DNA of 64,000 bases from contig JBGQLU010000001.1 of assembly GCA_041500265.1 (NCBI GenBank), forward strand, positions 5,189 through 69,188, given 5' to 3'. This DNA comes from Acidobacteriota bacterium (lineage in GTDB: Bacteria; Acidobacteriota; Polarisedimenticolia; Polarisedimenticolales; DASRJG01). Below the pieces are notes generated by a model. The model ran no database searches, was not told the origin of the DNA, and saw nothing but the letters and a program-made list of their open reading frames with translations. Shown here piece by piece: positions 17,915 to 26,961 of the stretch. Within the stretch, counting starts at the first letter, position 1; the number at the start of each line of letters is the position of its first letter. Made by a program: the position numbers and the translations under genes.

Positions 17915-19037
17915 GTCCTCGGGGCGCGAAGCGACGGTCGGGGCCTTCGTCGCCATGGCCCTGATCGTCCTCGCCGTCGGGATCATGGCGGTCGGGGGGG
18001 AGTCCCGGCTGTTCTCCCGCAAGGCGACCTACCGCGCCGTCCTGCCGTCCACGGATGGGCTGATCGTGGGCTCCCCCGTCAAGATGGCGGGGGTCCAGGT
18101 CGGAACCGTGACCGCGCTGCATCTGCCGACCGACCCGGGAGCTTCGGGAATCGAGGTGTCGATGGGCGTCCAGCAGGTCTACGCCTCCCGGGTCCGCAAG
18201 GGCTCGCAGGTCTCGCTCAAGTTCCTCCAGTATCTGTCGGGGGAGAAATACATCGAGCTGACCCCGGGAGAGCCCGGCCAGCCGGAGCTTCCCGACGGGG
18301 AGATCCTCCCGTCGGCGGGGGGGAGCCGGATCTTCGAGCAGGGCGAGGACATCGCGGACAACCTCAACGCGATCACGATCTCGCTCAAGGAGATCCTCGA
18401 GCCGTTGCAGAAGGGGGAGGGGCTCCTAGGACAGGCGATCCAGAATCCCGATTTCGGGAAGGAGAGCCTCGCCGCGCTCCAGCAGACGCTCAAGAACATC
18501 GAGGCGGTCACGGGGCAGATCCGGAACGGCGAGGGGATGGCGGGACGTCTGATCAACGATCGCACGCTCGGGGCCAAGCTCGACGACCTCGGGAAGGCGA
18601 TCACGTCGATCTCGACCGTCCTCGAGTCGGCGGCCAAGGGGGAGGGGCTGGTGGGCGATGTCCTGAAGAAGGACGGCACCTCGCAGCAGGCGGTCGTCGA
18701 TCTCCGAGACGCCGCGGCGTCGTTGAAGCGGGTCGCGGCGCGGCTCGACTCGACCGACGGGCTCGTCGGCAAGATCCTGAACGATCCCGCCTACTCGAAC
18801 GCCGTCGCCTCGAAGCTCCAGGAGACCGTGACCAACCTCGCCGAGATCACGCGGAAGATCAACGAGGGGAGCGGCACCCTCGGCGCGCTCGTCAACGATC
18901 GCACCCTCTACGATTCGGCGGAGGACGTGATCACGGGGGTGAACGACAGCAAGTTCGCCCGTTGGATGCTCCGCCACTACCAGAAGAAGGGGATCGAGGC
19001 GCCGCCTCCACCGGAGCCCTCCGCTCCCAAGCCCTGA
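17907..19037 (+). CDS. mlaD: MCE-domain substrate-binding protein MlaD
   Basis: 376 aa with an N-terminal TM anchor, an MCE domain (YRAVLPSTDGLIVGSPVKMAGVQVGTV) and a long helical C-terminal extension. It overlaps mlaF by 8 nt. Confidence 0.85.
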   Translation: MPKSSGREATVGAFVAMALIVLAVGIMAVGGESRLFSRKATYRAVLPSTDGLIVGSPVKMAGVQVGTVTALHLPTDPGASGIEVSMGVQQVYASRVRKGSQVSLKFLQYLSGEKYIELTPGEPGQPELPDGEILPSAGGSRIFEQGEDIADNLNAITISLKEILEPLQKGEGLLGQAIQNPDFGKESLAALQQTLKNIEAVTGQIRNGEGMAGRLINDRTLGAKLDDLGKAITSISTVLESAAKGEGLVGDVLKKDGTSQQAVVDLRDAAASLKRVAARLDSTDGLVGKILNDPAYSNAVASKLQETVTNLAEITRKINEGSGTLGALVNDRTLYDSAEDVITGVNDSKFARWMLRHYQKKGIEAPPPPEPSAPKP

Positions 19038-19048
19038 CCCGGGCCGCC

Positions 19049-19077
19049 TTGGCGATCGCCCGGCCCGTTCCTATATT
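19049..19077 (+). promoter_or_regulatory. candidate sigma-70-type promoter: TTGGCG - 17 nt - TATATT
   Basis: This is the only AT-rich hexamer in the 78-nt gap before the first polysaccharide-locus gene. TATATT is at 19072-19077 and TTGGCG at 19049-19054, with an exact 17-nt spacer. It sits about 39 nt upstream of the ATG at 19116. Based on pattern only. Confidence 0.35.
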
Positions 19078-19115
19078 GTCCGGCCGTACACCCCACGACT
19101 CTCCGGGAGACACGC

Positions 19116-20441
19116 ATGCCGTCGAACGCCCATTTCCTCGCGCTGGAGCGCAAGATCACCGGTCGGACCGCGAAGCTCGGCATCGTCGGGCTCGGCTACG
19201 TGGGCCTGCCGCTGGCCGTTGAGTTCGCCCACGCCGGATTCAAGGTCGTCGGCATCGACGTCGACCCGCGGAAGGTCCGGTCGGTGAACTCCGGCACGTC
19301 TCACATCGAGGACGTCACGACCGAGACCCTGCGGCCCCTGGTGAAGAAGGGGTTGATCCGGGCGCAGTCGAACTACGCCGGGTGCGGGAAGCTCGACGCG
19401 ATCCTGATCGCCGTCCCCACGCCGCTCCGGAAGACGAAGGACCCCGACATCTCGTACATCGTGGCGTCCCTCGATGCGATTGCCCCCCAGGTGCGCGCCG
19501 GCCAGCTGATCATCCTCGAGTCGACGACCTACCCGGGCACGACCGAAGAGGTGATGCGGCCGCAGCTCGAGGCCTCGGGCTTGCGCGTGGGGAAGGAGAT
19601 CTTCCTCGCCTTCTCCCCCGAGCGGGTCGATCCCGGAAACCCCGTCTACCAGACCAAGAACACGCCCAAAGTCGTCGGGGGATCGACGCCCCTGTGCACC
19701 AAGGCGGCCGCCCTCCTGTACGGCCAGGCGATCGAGCACGTGCACCCGGTGACGTCGACCCAGGCCGCCGAGATGATCAAGCTCTTGGAGAACACCTTTC
19801 GCGCGGTGAACATCGGGCTCGTGAACGAGATCGCGCTGATGTGCGAGAAGCTCGAGCTCGACGTCTGGGAGGTCATCGACGGCGCCGCGACCAAGCCGTT
19901 CGGCTTCATGCGCTTCTACCCCGGGCCCGGCATCGGCGGGCATTGCATCCCGCTCGACCCTCACTACCTCGCCTGGAAGCTCCGGACGCTGAACTACTCC
20001 GCCCGCTTCATCGAGCTGGCCTCGGAGATCAACGGCCACATGCCGGAGGTCGTCGTGCGCCGCGCGGGGGCGATGCTGAACGGCGCCAAGAAATCGGTGA
20101 ACGGCGCGTCCATCTTCGTCCTCGGCGTCGCCTACAAGAGGGATACGGGGGACACCCGGGAGTCCCCGGCGCTCGACGTGATCCGCCTGCTGCAGGAGGA
20201 AGGCGCCAAGGTCGCCTTCCACGACCCGTATTCCGAGACGGTCCGCTTCGAAGGGGGGAACGTCCAGAAGGTGACGCCGCTCAACGCGAGGACGCTCGCC
20301 GCCGCGGACCTGGTCGTGATCGTCACCGACCACACGGTCTACGATTACCCGATGATCGTGCGCCACTCCCGCCGCGTCCTCGACACGCGGAACGCCACCC
20401 GCAACGTGAAGGGCGGCCGCGCGAAGGTCGAAAAACTCTAG
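19116..20441 (+). CDS. nucleotide-sugar dehydrogenase, UDP-N-acetylhexosamine dehydrogenase-like (WbpA/WecC/TviB group)
   Basis: 441 aa. Rossmann motif GIVGLGYVGLPLA and catalytic Cys motif GIGGHCIPLDP place it in the UDP-glucose/GDP-mannose dehydrogenase family. The substrate subclass is from recall. Confidence 0.85.
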   Translation: MPSNAHFLALERKITGRTAKLGIVGLGYVGLPLAVEFAHAGFKVVGIDVDPRKVRSVNSGTSHIEDVTTETLRPLVKKGLIRAQSNYAGCGKLDAILIAVPTPLRKTKDPDISYIVASLDAIAPQVRAGQLIILESTTYPGTTEEVMRPQLEASGLRVGKEIFLAFSPERVDPGNPVYQTKNTPKVVGGSTPLCTKAAALLYGQAIEHVHPVTSTQAAEMIKLLENTFRAVNIGLVNEIALMCEKLELDVWEVIDGAATKPFGFMRFYPGPGIGGHCIPLDPHYLAWKLRTLNYSARFIELASEINGHMPEVVVRRAGAMLNGAKKSVNGASIFVLGVAYKRDTGDTRESPALDVIRLLQEEGAKVAFHDPYSETVRFEGGNVQKVTPLNARTLAAADLVVIVTDHTVYDYPMIVRHSRRVLDTRNATRNVKGGRAKVEKL

Positions 20442-20458
20442 GCGCGCGAGTCGATCTC

Positions 20459-21448
20459 ATGGAAACGATTCTCGTCACGGGCGGAGCCGGCTTCATCGGC
20501 TCGCATCTCGTCGACCGCCTCCTGGCCGACGGGCGAAGGGTCGTGGCCCTGGACAACTTCGACGGCTTCTACCCCGCGGAGATCAAGGAGCGGAACCTCG
20601 CCGCCGCCTCGCGGCATCCGGCCTTCCGGCTCGTGCGAGGGGACATCCGCGATCGCGACGCGGTGGAGGCGAGCCTCTCGCCGGGCCCGGTCGCCGCGGT
20701 CGTTCACCTGGCGGCACGCGCCGGGGTCCGGCCGTCGATCGAGCAGCCCGAGCTCTACGTGTCGGTCAACCTGGACGGCACCGCGCGCCTGCTCGAGGCG
20801 GCCCGGCGGCACGGCGTGGGGACGTTCGTCTTCGGGTCGTCGTCCTCCGTGTACGGCAACAATGAGAAGGTGCCCTTCGCCGAAGACGACCCCGTGGACC
20901 GACCGATCTCGCCCTACGCCGCGACCAAGCGCGGCGGGGAGCTGCTCGCGCACACGTACCATCATCTGTTCGGGGTGAACGTCGCGTGCCTGCGCTTCTT
21001 CACGGTCTTCGGTCCCCGCCAGAGGCCCGATCTCGCGATCCACAAGTTCGCGCGGCTGATGGCCGACGGGAACCCCGTTCCGGTGTTCGGGGACGGGACC
21101 AACGGACGCGACTACACGTACGTCGAGGACATCGTCGAGGGGATCGTCCGCGCCACCGCCCGCATCCGGGGGTTCCGGATCTGGAACCTCGGCGGTTCGG
21201 CGCCGGTCCTCTTGAACGACCTCGTGGCGAAGCTGGCGCAGGGCTTGGGTGTGACGCCCCGGCTCGACCGCCTTCCCCGCCAGCCCGGGGACGTGGACCG
21301 GACGTGGGCGGACATCGCGCGAGCGGGCGCCGACCTCGATTGGGCCCCGCGAACCGGTTTCGACGCGGGGCTCGCACGTTTTCTCGAATGGTTCCGGAGC
21401 GAGCGGGTCGGCAGCCAAGCGCCGCCATCCGCCGGGAGTGCGTCATGA
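20459..21448 (+). CDS. NAD-dependent epimerase, UDP-glucuronate 4-epimerase-like extended SDR
   Basis: Starts at an internal ATG of track ORF 19382..21448. Reads [17 protein letters not shown], with catalytic YAATK. Confidence 0.8.
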   Translation: METILVTGGAGFIGSHLVDRLLADGRRVVALDNFDGFYPAEIKERNLAAASRHPAFRLVRGDIRDRDAVEASLSPGPVAAVVHLAARAGVRPSIEQPELYVSVNLDGTARLLEAARRHGVGTFVFGSSSSVYGNNEKVPFAEDDPVDRPISPYAATKRGGELLAHTYHHLFGVNVACLRFFTVFGPRQRPDLAIHKFARLMADGNPVPVFGDGTNGRDYTYVEDIVEGIVRATARIRGFRIWNLGGSAPVLLNDLVAKLAQGLGVTPRLDRLPRQPGDVDRTWADIARAGADLDWAPRTGFDAGLARFLEWFRSERVGSQAPPSAGSAS

Positions 21449-22752
21449 ACATCACCGTCGTCGGCACGGGCTACGTCGGACTCGTCACCGGGGCCTGCTT
21501 CTCCGAGTTCGGCAACCACGTCGTCTGCGTCGACAGCAACCCCGAGAAGATCGCGATGCTGAATCGGGGCGAGATGCCGATCTACGAGCCGGGCCTGGAC
21601 GACGTCGTCCTGAGAAACGTCAAGGCCGGCCGGCTCCAGTTCACGACCGACCTCGCCTCTTCCGTCGAGAGCTCGCTGGTCGTGATCATCGCGGTCGGAA
21701 CCCCGCAGGGGGACGACGGACACGCCGACCTCCAGTACGTTCGAGGGGTCGCGACCGAGATCGCGGATCACCTGAACTCGTACAAGGTCGTGGTCACGAA
21801 GAGCACGGTTCCGGCGGGCACGGGCCGGATGGTGCGGGAGATCATCGAGGCCCGGCGGAAGGACCCTCATCCGTTCTCCGTCGCCTCGAACCCGGAGTTC
21901 TTGCGGGAAGGATCGGCGATCGAGGATTGCCTGCGGCCGAACCGGGTCGTCCTGGGGTGCGAGGACGAGACCGCGGCCGCGATCCTCAAGGACCTCTACC
22001 GGCCGCTCTACCTCATCGAGACCCCGGTCCTGGTCACCAGTGTCGTGACCGCCGAGGTGATCAAGTACGCCTCGAACGCGTTCCTGGCGACGAAGATCTC
22101 CTTCATCAACGAGATGGCCGACCTGTGCGAGGGCGTCGGCGCGGACGTGCACGACGTCGCGCGGGGCATGGGCCTCGACCAGCGGATCGGCAAGAAGTTC
22201 CTCCACCCCGGCCCCGGCTACGGCGGCTCGTGCTTCCCGAAGGACACGCGCGCGATTCTCGAGGTCGGCCGCGCGGTCGGCGTCCCGCTGAAGATCGTCG
22301 AGTCGACGATCGAAGTGAACGAGGGGCGGATCCCGACCTCGCTGGCGAAGATCCGCGCCGCGCTCGGCGGGTCGGCGAAGAGAAAGACCGTCGGACTGCT
22401 CGGCCTGACGTTCAAGCCGAACACCGACGACCTCCTGGAGTCTCCCGCGATGCGCATCCTCGCGGGCCTCCTCGAGGAGGGGGCGACGATCCAGGCGTTC
22501 GACCCCGTGGGCATGACGCTGGCCGCGCAGAACCCCCGGCCCGGGGTGAGGTTCTGCGAGGACGAATACGCCGCCGCCAAGGGGGCGGACGTCTTGGTCG
22601 TGGCCACCGAGTGGAATCAGTTCCGGGCACTCGATCTCGACCGGCTGAAGGCCGGACTCAAATCTCCGGTCATCGTCGACCTGCGCAACGTGTACGATCC
22701 CGCGACGATGCGCGCGCGGGGGTTCCGCTACACCTGCGTCGGGAGGTCCTGA
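21445..22752 (+). CDS. ugd: UDP-glucose 6-dehydrogenase
   Basis: Starts at an internal ATG of ORF 20986..22752, forming an ATGA overlap with the upstream stop. Reads MNITVVGTGYVGLVTGACF, with catalytic GGSCFPKD. Confidence 0.92.
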   Translation: MNITVVGTGYVGLVTGACFSEFGNHVVCVDSNPEKIAMLNRGEMPIYEPGLDDVVLRNVKAGRLQFTTDLASSVESSLVVIIAVGTPQGDDGHADLQYVRGVATEIADHLNSYKVVVTKSTVPAGTGRMVREIIEARRKDPHPFSVASNPEFLREGSAIEDCLRPNRVVLGCEDETAAAILKDLYRPLYLIETPVLVTSVVTAEVIKYASNAFLATKISFINEMADLCEGVGADVHDVARGMGLDQRIGKKFLHPGPGYGGSCFPKDTRAILEVGRAVGVPLKIVESTIEVNEGRIPTSLAKIRAALGGSAKRKTVGLLGLTFKPNTDDLLESPAMRILAGLLEEGATIQAFDPVGMTLAAQNPRPGVRFCEDEYAAAKGADVLVVATEWNQFRALDLDRLKAGLKSPVIVDLRNVYDPATMRARGFRYTCVGRS

Positions 22753-23699
22753 TGGCGTTGTTCCTGGTCACCGGGGGCGGCGGCTTCATCGGATCGAACC
22801 TGGTCGAGGCGATTCTCGGCCGGGGCGAGAGCGTGCGCGTCATCGACAACTTCGCGACGGGGCGGCGTCAGAATCTCGAGCCCGCCTCCCGCTGGGCGGA
22901 GGCCGGCCGCGGCCGCTTCGAGCTCGTCGAGGCGGACATCCGGGACCTCGAGAGGTGCCGCAAGGCGGTGGAGGGATGCGATTACGTGCTGCACCAGGCG
23001 GCCATCCCCTCGGTGCAGCGATCGGTGCGGGACCCGCTCACCACGAACGCGGTCAACGTCACGGGGACGCTGAACCTCCTGGTCGCCGCGCGCGACGCGA
23101 AGGTCCGCCGCTTCGTCATGGCGTCCTCCTCGTCCCTCTACGGAGAGAGCGAGACGCTTCCGAAGGTCGAGACGATGGCTCCGGCGCCGATCTCCCCGTA
23201 TGGCCTCCAGAAGCTCGCGGGGGAGACGTACCTCGGGATCTTCCACAGGCTCTACGGCACTCCGACCGTGGCCCTCCGGTACTTCAACGTCTTCGGCCCG
23301 CGCCAGGATCCCGGGAGCGAATACTCCGCGGTCATCCCGAAGTTCATCGCGGCGATCAAGGCGGGGAAGCGGCCGACGATCTACGGTGACGGCGAGCAGA
23401 CGCGCGATTTCACCTACATCGACAACGTCGTCGCGGCCAATCTCGCGGCCTGCGCCGCCGGCCCCGCGGCGCAGGGCGGCGCCTACAACATCGCCTGCGG
23501 GGAGCGGATCAGCTTGAACGATCTCGTCCGGATCCTGGCCGGCTTCGCGGGTCGCGCGGTCGCTCCCGAATACGCGGACCACCGCCCCGGGGACATCAAG
23601 CACTCGCTCGCGGGCATCGACAAGGCCCGCTCGCTTCTCGGGTTCGACCCGAAGGTGACGGTGCCGGACGGGCTGAAGCGGACGTGGGACGCGCTGTAG
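22752..23699 (+). CDS. NAD-dependent 4-epimerase-type SDR (WbpP/TviC-like)
   Basis: Starts at an internal ATG of ORF 21438..23699, with a TGATG 1-nt overlap. Reads MALFLVTGGGGFIGSNL, with catalytic YGLQK. Confidence 0.8.
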   Translation: MALFLVTGGGGFIGSNLVEAILGRGESVRVIDNFATGRRQNLEPASRWAEAGRGRFELVEADIRDLERCRKAVEGCDYVLHQAAIPSVQRSVRDPLTTNAVNVTGTLNLLVAARDAKVRRFVMASSSSLYGESETLPKVETMAPAPISPYGLQKLAGETYLGIFHRLYGTPTVALRYFNVFGPRQDPGSEYSAVIPKFIAAIKAGKRPTIYGDGEQTRDFTYIDNVVAANLAACAAGPAAQGGAYNIACGERISLNDLVRILAGFAGRAVAPEYADHRPGDIKHSLAGIDKARSLLGFDPKVTVPDGLKRTWDAL

Positions 23700-24757
23700 C
23701 GGCACCCCGTCGCGGTGCTGCGGCGCCCGACTCGCTCCACGTCGTTCTCCTCGCCGGGGGAAGCGGATCCCGCTTCTGGCCGATGAGCCGGAGGAAGCGG
23801 CCGAAGCAGTTCCTCGAGCTCGGCGGGACGGCCTCCCTTCTCCGGCGGAGCTGGGATCGCGCGAGGGCGCTGGCGCCGGCCTCTAGGATCTGGGTCGTCG
23901 TGCCGCGGGCGCTCGCCTCCGCGGTTCGACGCGAGCTGCCGGCGTTGCGAGCGATCAACCTCGTGGTCGAGCCGTCGGCTCGCGACACCGGCCCCGCGGT
24001 CGCGCTGGCGTGCGCGGCCGTGGAGCGCCGCGACCCGAACGCCGTCATCGCCGTGTTCCCGACCGATCACGTGATCCGGGACCGGCGCGCGCTCGTGCGC
24101 GCCGTTCGCACGGCCGTGGGGGCCGCCTCCAAGGGGGCCCTCGTGTGTCTCGGCATCGAGCCCGACCGGCCGAGCACCGGGTTCGGGTACCTGCGGCTGG
24201 CGGCCGCCCGTCGCGGTCTCGGGGCGATTCCGGTCAAAAAGTTCATCGAGAAGCCCGACGCTCCCCGCGCGCGCCGCTTCGTCCGGAGCCGCCGTTACGT
24301 CTGGAACAGCGGCATCTTCGTCTTCACGGCGGGCGCTTTCTTCGAAGAGCTCCGCCGGGTCGCTCCCGCGCTCCACGCGGCGGCGAAGGCGATCGGAGCC
24401 GGTCGGCCGCGGGCCTGGTCCCGCGCGCCCCGCGTCTCGATCGACCGCGCGCTGATGGAAAAGGCCGCGCGCGTGGTCGCCGTTCCGCTCGACGCAGGCT
24501 GGGACGACGTCGGGTCCTGGGACGCCGCGGTGCGCCTCGCCGGCCGCTCGGAGGGGCGACGCGGCGGGACCGTGCTGGTGGACAGCGCCGGGAGCGTCGT
24601 CTTCGGCCGGCGGCGCGTCATCGCCGTCCTGGGGGTTCCGGGGATCGTGGTCGTCGATACGCCGGACGCGCTCCTGATCGCCTCGCGCACGGAAGCGGAG
24701 CGGGTCAGGGAGGTCGTCGCGGAGCTTCGGCGGCGCGGACGCGGCCACGCGCTGTGA
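23684..24757 (+). CDS. mannose-1-phosphate guanylyltransferase
   Basis: 357 aa with the nucleotidyltransferase motif LLAGGSGSRFWPMSRRKRPKQFL. It has no C-terminal isomerase (PMI) domain. Confidence 0.85.
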   Translation: MGRAVAAPRRGAAAPDSLHVVLLAGGSGSRFWPMSRRKRPKQFLELGGTASLLRRSWDRARALAPASRIWVVVPRALASAVRRELPALRAINLVVEPSARDTGPAVALACAAVERRDPNAVIAVFPTDHVIRDRRALVRAVRTAVGAASKGALVCLGIEPDRPSTGFGYLRLAAARRGLGAIPVKKFIEKPDAPRARRFVRSRRYVWNSGIFVFTAGAFFEELRRVAPALHAAAKAIGAGRPRAWSRAPRVSIDRALMEKAARVVAVPLDAGWDDVGSWDAAVRLAGRSEGRRGGTVLVDSAGSVVFGRRRVIAVLGVPGIVVVDTPDALLIASRTEAERVREVVAELRRRGRGHAL

Positions 24758-24795
24758 CCGGCGCGCGCTGCCACCGATGATAATCTGACCGGCTC

Positions 24796-26961
24796 ATGAA
24801 GCAGCTCTTTCAGGATCCCAAGGCCGGGACGATTCAGGTCGTCGAGCTTCCCGAGCCTGCGCTGCGGCCGGGGACCCTCCTGGTGCAGAACGCCTTTTCC
24901 GTGATCTCGCCGGGGACCGAGCGCAACGCGGTCTCCGCCGCTCGCGACTCCTACCTGAAGACGGCGCGAGCCCGTCCCGATCTCGTTCGGCGGGTGCTCG
25001 ACTCCGTGAAGCGCGACGGCGTCCTGGCGGCCTATCGCAAGGTTCAGGCGAAGCTCTCCGAGCCCCAAGCGCTCGGGTACTCGTCCGCGGGTGTCGTGAC
25101 CGCGGTGGCGCCGGGCGCCTCCGATCAGTTCCGCGTCGGGGACCGCGTCGCCTGCTGCGGCGCCGGGGTCGCGAGCCACGCCGAGGTCGTGTGCGTGCCG
25201 GTGAACCTCGCGGCCCGCGTTCCGGACGGCGTCCCGCTCGACGACGCCTCGTTCGCCACGCTCGGCGCGATCGCGCTCCACGGAGTCCGGCAAGCCGACC
25301 CGTCGCTCGGCGATCGTGTCGCGGTCATCGGCTGCGGCCTCCTGGGCCTGCTCGCCGTCCAGATCCTCCGCGCCGCCGGCGCGCACGTGGCCGCGTTCGA
25401 CCTCGACGCCGGCCTCGTGGAGCGAGCCAAGGGGCTCGGCGCCGCGGCCGGAATCGCCGGCGGGACCGACGACCAGGTCCAGGCCGCCCTCGCCTGGACC
25501 GAGGGGGTCGGCGTCGACGCGGTGATCGTGACGGCCGCGAGCTCGACCGACGCGCCGATGGTCGCCGCCGCCGGAATGTGCCGGGACCGCGGTCGGGTCG
25601 TCGCGTTGGGGTTCGTCCCGTTCGGCCTCCCCCGCGAGATCGCCTACGCCAAGGAGCTCGAGCTCCGCATCTCGAGGTCGTACGGACCGGGACGGTACGA
25701 CGCCGGCTTCGAGGAGAAAGGGATCGACTACCCGATCGGCTACGTTCGATGGACCGAGACGCGCAATCTCGAAGCGTTTCTGGAGCTCTTGCGCGACGGC
25801 CGCGTGGTCGTCGCTCCGCTGATCACCCATCGCCTGGGCCTCGATGACGCGCCGAAGGGATACGACGCGCTCGTCGCGGGCGGGCCGCGTCCGCTCGGTA
25901 TGGTGATCGGTTACCCCACGCAGCCTCCGCCTCTTCGAAACGCGGCGGCGCGCGCCCCGGGCCCCGCGCTTCCGGCGGGCCCGTTCGCCGGCGACATCGG
26001 GGTCGGGTTCATCGGCGCCGGAGCGTTCGCCCGGGCCGTCCTCCTCCCCGCATTCGCCAAGGCGTCGGGCGTGCGGATGGCTCGTGTCGCGACCGCGCAC
26101 GGGCTGACCGCGCACGACGCCCAGCGGAAGTTCGGCTTCGCTGCGATCGGGACCGACGCGGCGGAGGTTCTGGCCGACCCGGCGGTCCACCTGGTGTGCA
26201 TCGCGACGCGGCACGACGCGCACGCCGGGCTCGTCGCCCGGGCGCTCGACGCCGGAAAGCACGTCTTCGTCGAGAAGCCGCTCGCGATCGACGAGGACGG
26301 CCTGCGTCGGGTCGAAGAAGCGGCGGGGCGGAGCGGGGCGGTCCTCCTCGTCGGGTTCAACCGCCGGTTCGCGCCGATGGCCAAGGCGGTCCGCGAGGCC
26401 CTCGCCGGGCGCGGGCCGATCGCGATGACCTATCGCGTCAACGCGGGACCGCTCCCCGCGGGGCACTGGCTCAACGACCCCGAGGTCGGTGGCGGGCGGA
26501 TCATCGGTGAGGGGTGCCACTTCGTCGATCTCTTGAGCTTTTTGACCGGAGACGTGGCGCTCGAAGGGGTCCGGGCGCGACCCCTCGGCCGGCCGCGGGG
26601 ACCTGCCGAGAACGTCGCGATCGAGCTCGCCTTCGCCGATGGGAGCGTCGGCCAGATCCTCTACACGTCGCGCGGCGCCGGCGGCCTCGGAAAGGAGCGC
26701 TTCGAGGCGCATGCGGGGGGCGTGTCGGCCGTGGTCGAGGACTACCGCGCGGGCACCATCTGGAACGGATCCCGGAAGACGAGTCCGGGCGCGCCGGGCA
26801 AGGGCCACGCGCAGGAAATCGCCGCCCTCCTGGCGGCGGTGCGCTCGGGCGGGCCGGCGCCGATCCCTCGACGGGTGCTGTTCGAGGTCACCCGCGCCAC
26901 CTTCGACGTCCACGCCGACATGCGCGGCGAGCGGCGCGATCGGGAAGCCTCGGAGATCTGA
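24796..26961 (+). CDS. bi-domain oxidoreductase (medium-chain alcohol-dehydrogenase-like half + Gfo/Idh/MocA half)
   Basis: 721 aa. The N-terminal half resembles medium-chain dehydrogenases (GDRVACCGAGVASHAEV, VAVIGCGLLGLLAVQ). The C-terminal half has the Gfo/Idh/MocA Rossmann motif IGVGFIGAGAFARAVLLPAF. Confidence 0.75.
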   Translation: MKQLFQDPKAGTIQVVELPEPALRPGTLLVQNAFSVISPGTERNAVSAARDSYLKTARARPDLVRRVLDSVKRDGVLAAYRKVQAKLSEPQALGYSSAGVVTAVAPGASDQFRVGDRVACCGAGVASHAEVVCVPVNLAARVPDGVPLDDASFATLGAIALHGVRQADPSLGDRVAVIGCGLLGLLAVQILRAAGAHVAAFDLDAGLVERAKGLGAAAGIAGGTDDQVQAALAWTEGVGVDAVIVTAASSTDAPMVAAAGMCRDRGRVVALGFVPFGLPREIAYAKELELRISRSYGPGRYDAGFEEKGIDYPIGYVRWTETRNLEAFLELLRDGRVVVAPLITHRLGLDDAPKGYDALVAGGPRPLGMVIGYPTQPPPLRNAAARAPGPALPAGPFAGDIGVGFIGAGAFARAVLLPAFAKASGVRMARVATAHGLTAHDAQRKFGFAAIGTDAAEVLADPAVHLVCIATRHDAHAGLVARALDAGKHVFVEKPLAIDEDGLRRVEEAAGRSGAVLLVGFNRRFAPMAKAVREALAGRGPIAMTYRVNAGPLPAGHWLNDPEVGGGRIIGEGCHFVDLLSFLTGDVALEGVRARPLGRPRGPAENVAIELAFADGSVGQILYTSRGAGGLGKERFEAHAGGVSAVVEDYRAGTIWNGSRKTSPGAPGKGHAQEIAALLAAVRSGGPAPIPRRVLFEVTRATFDVHADMRGERRDREASEI

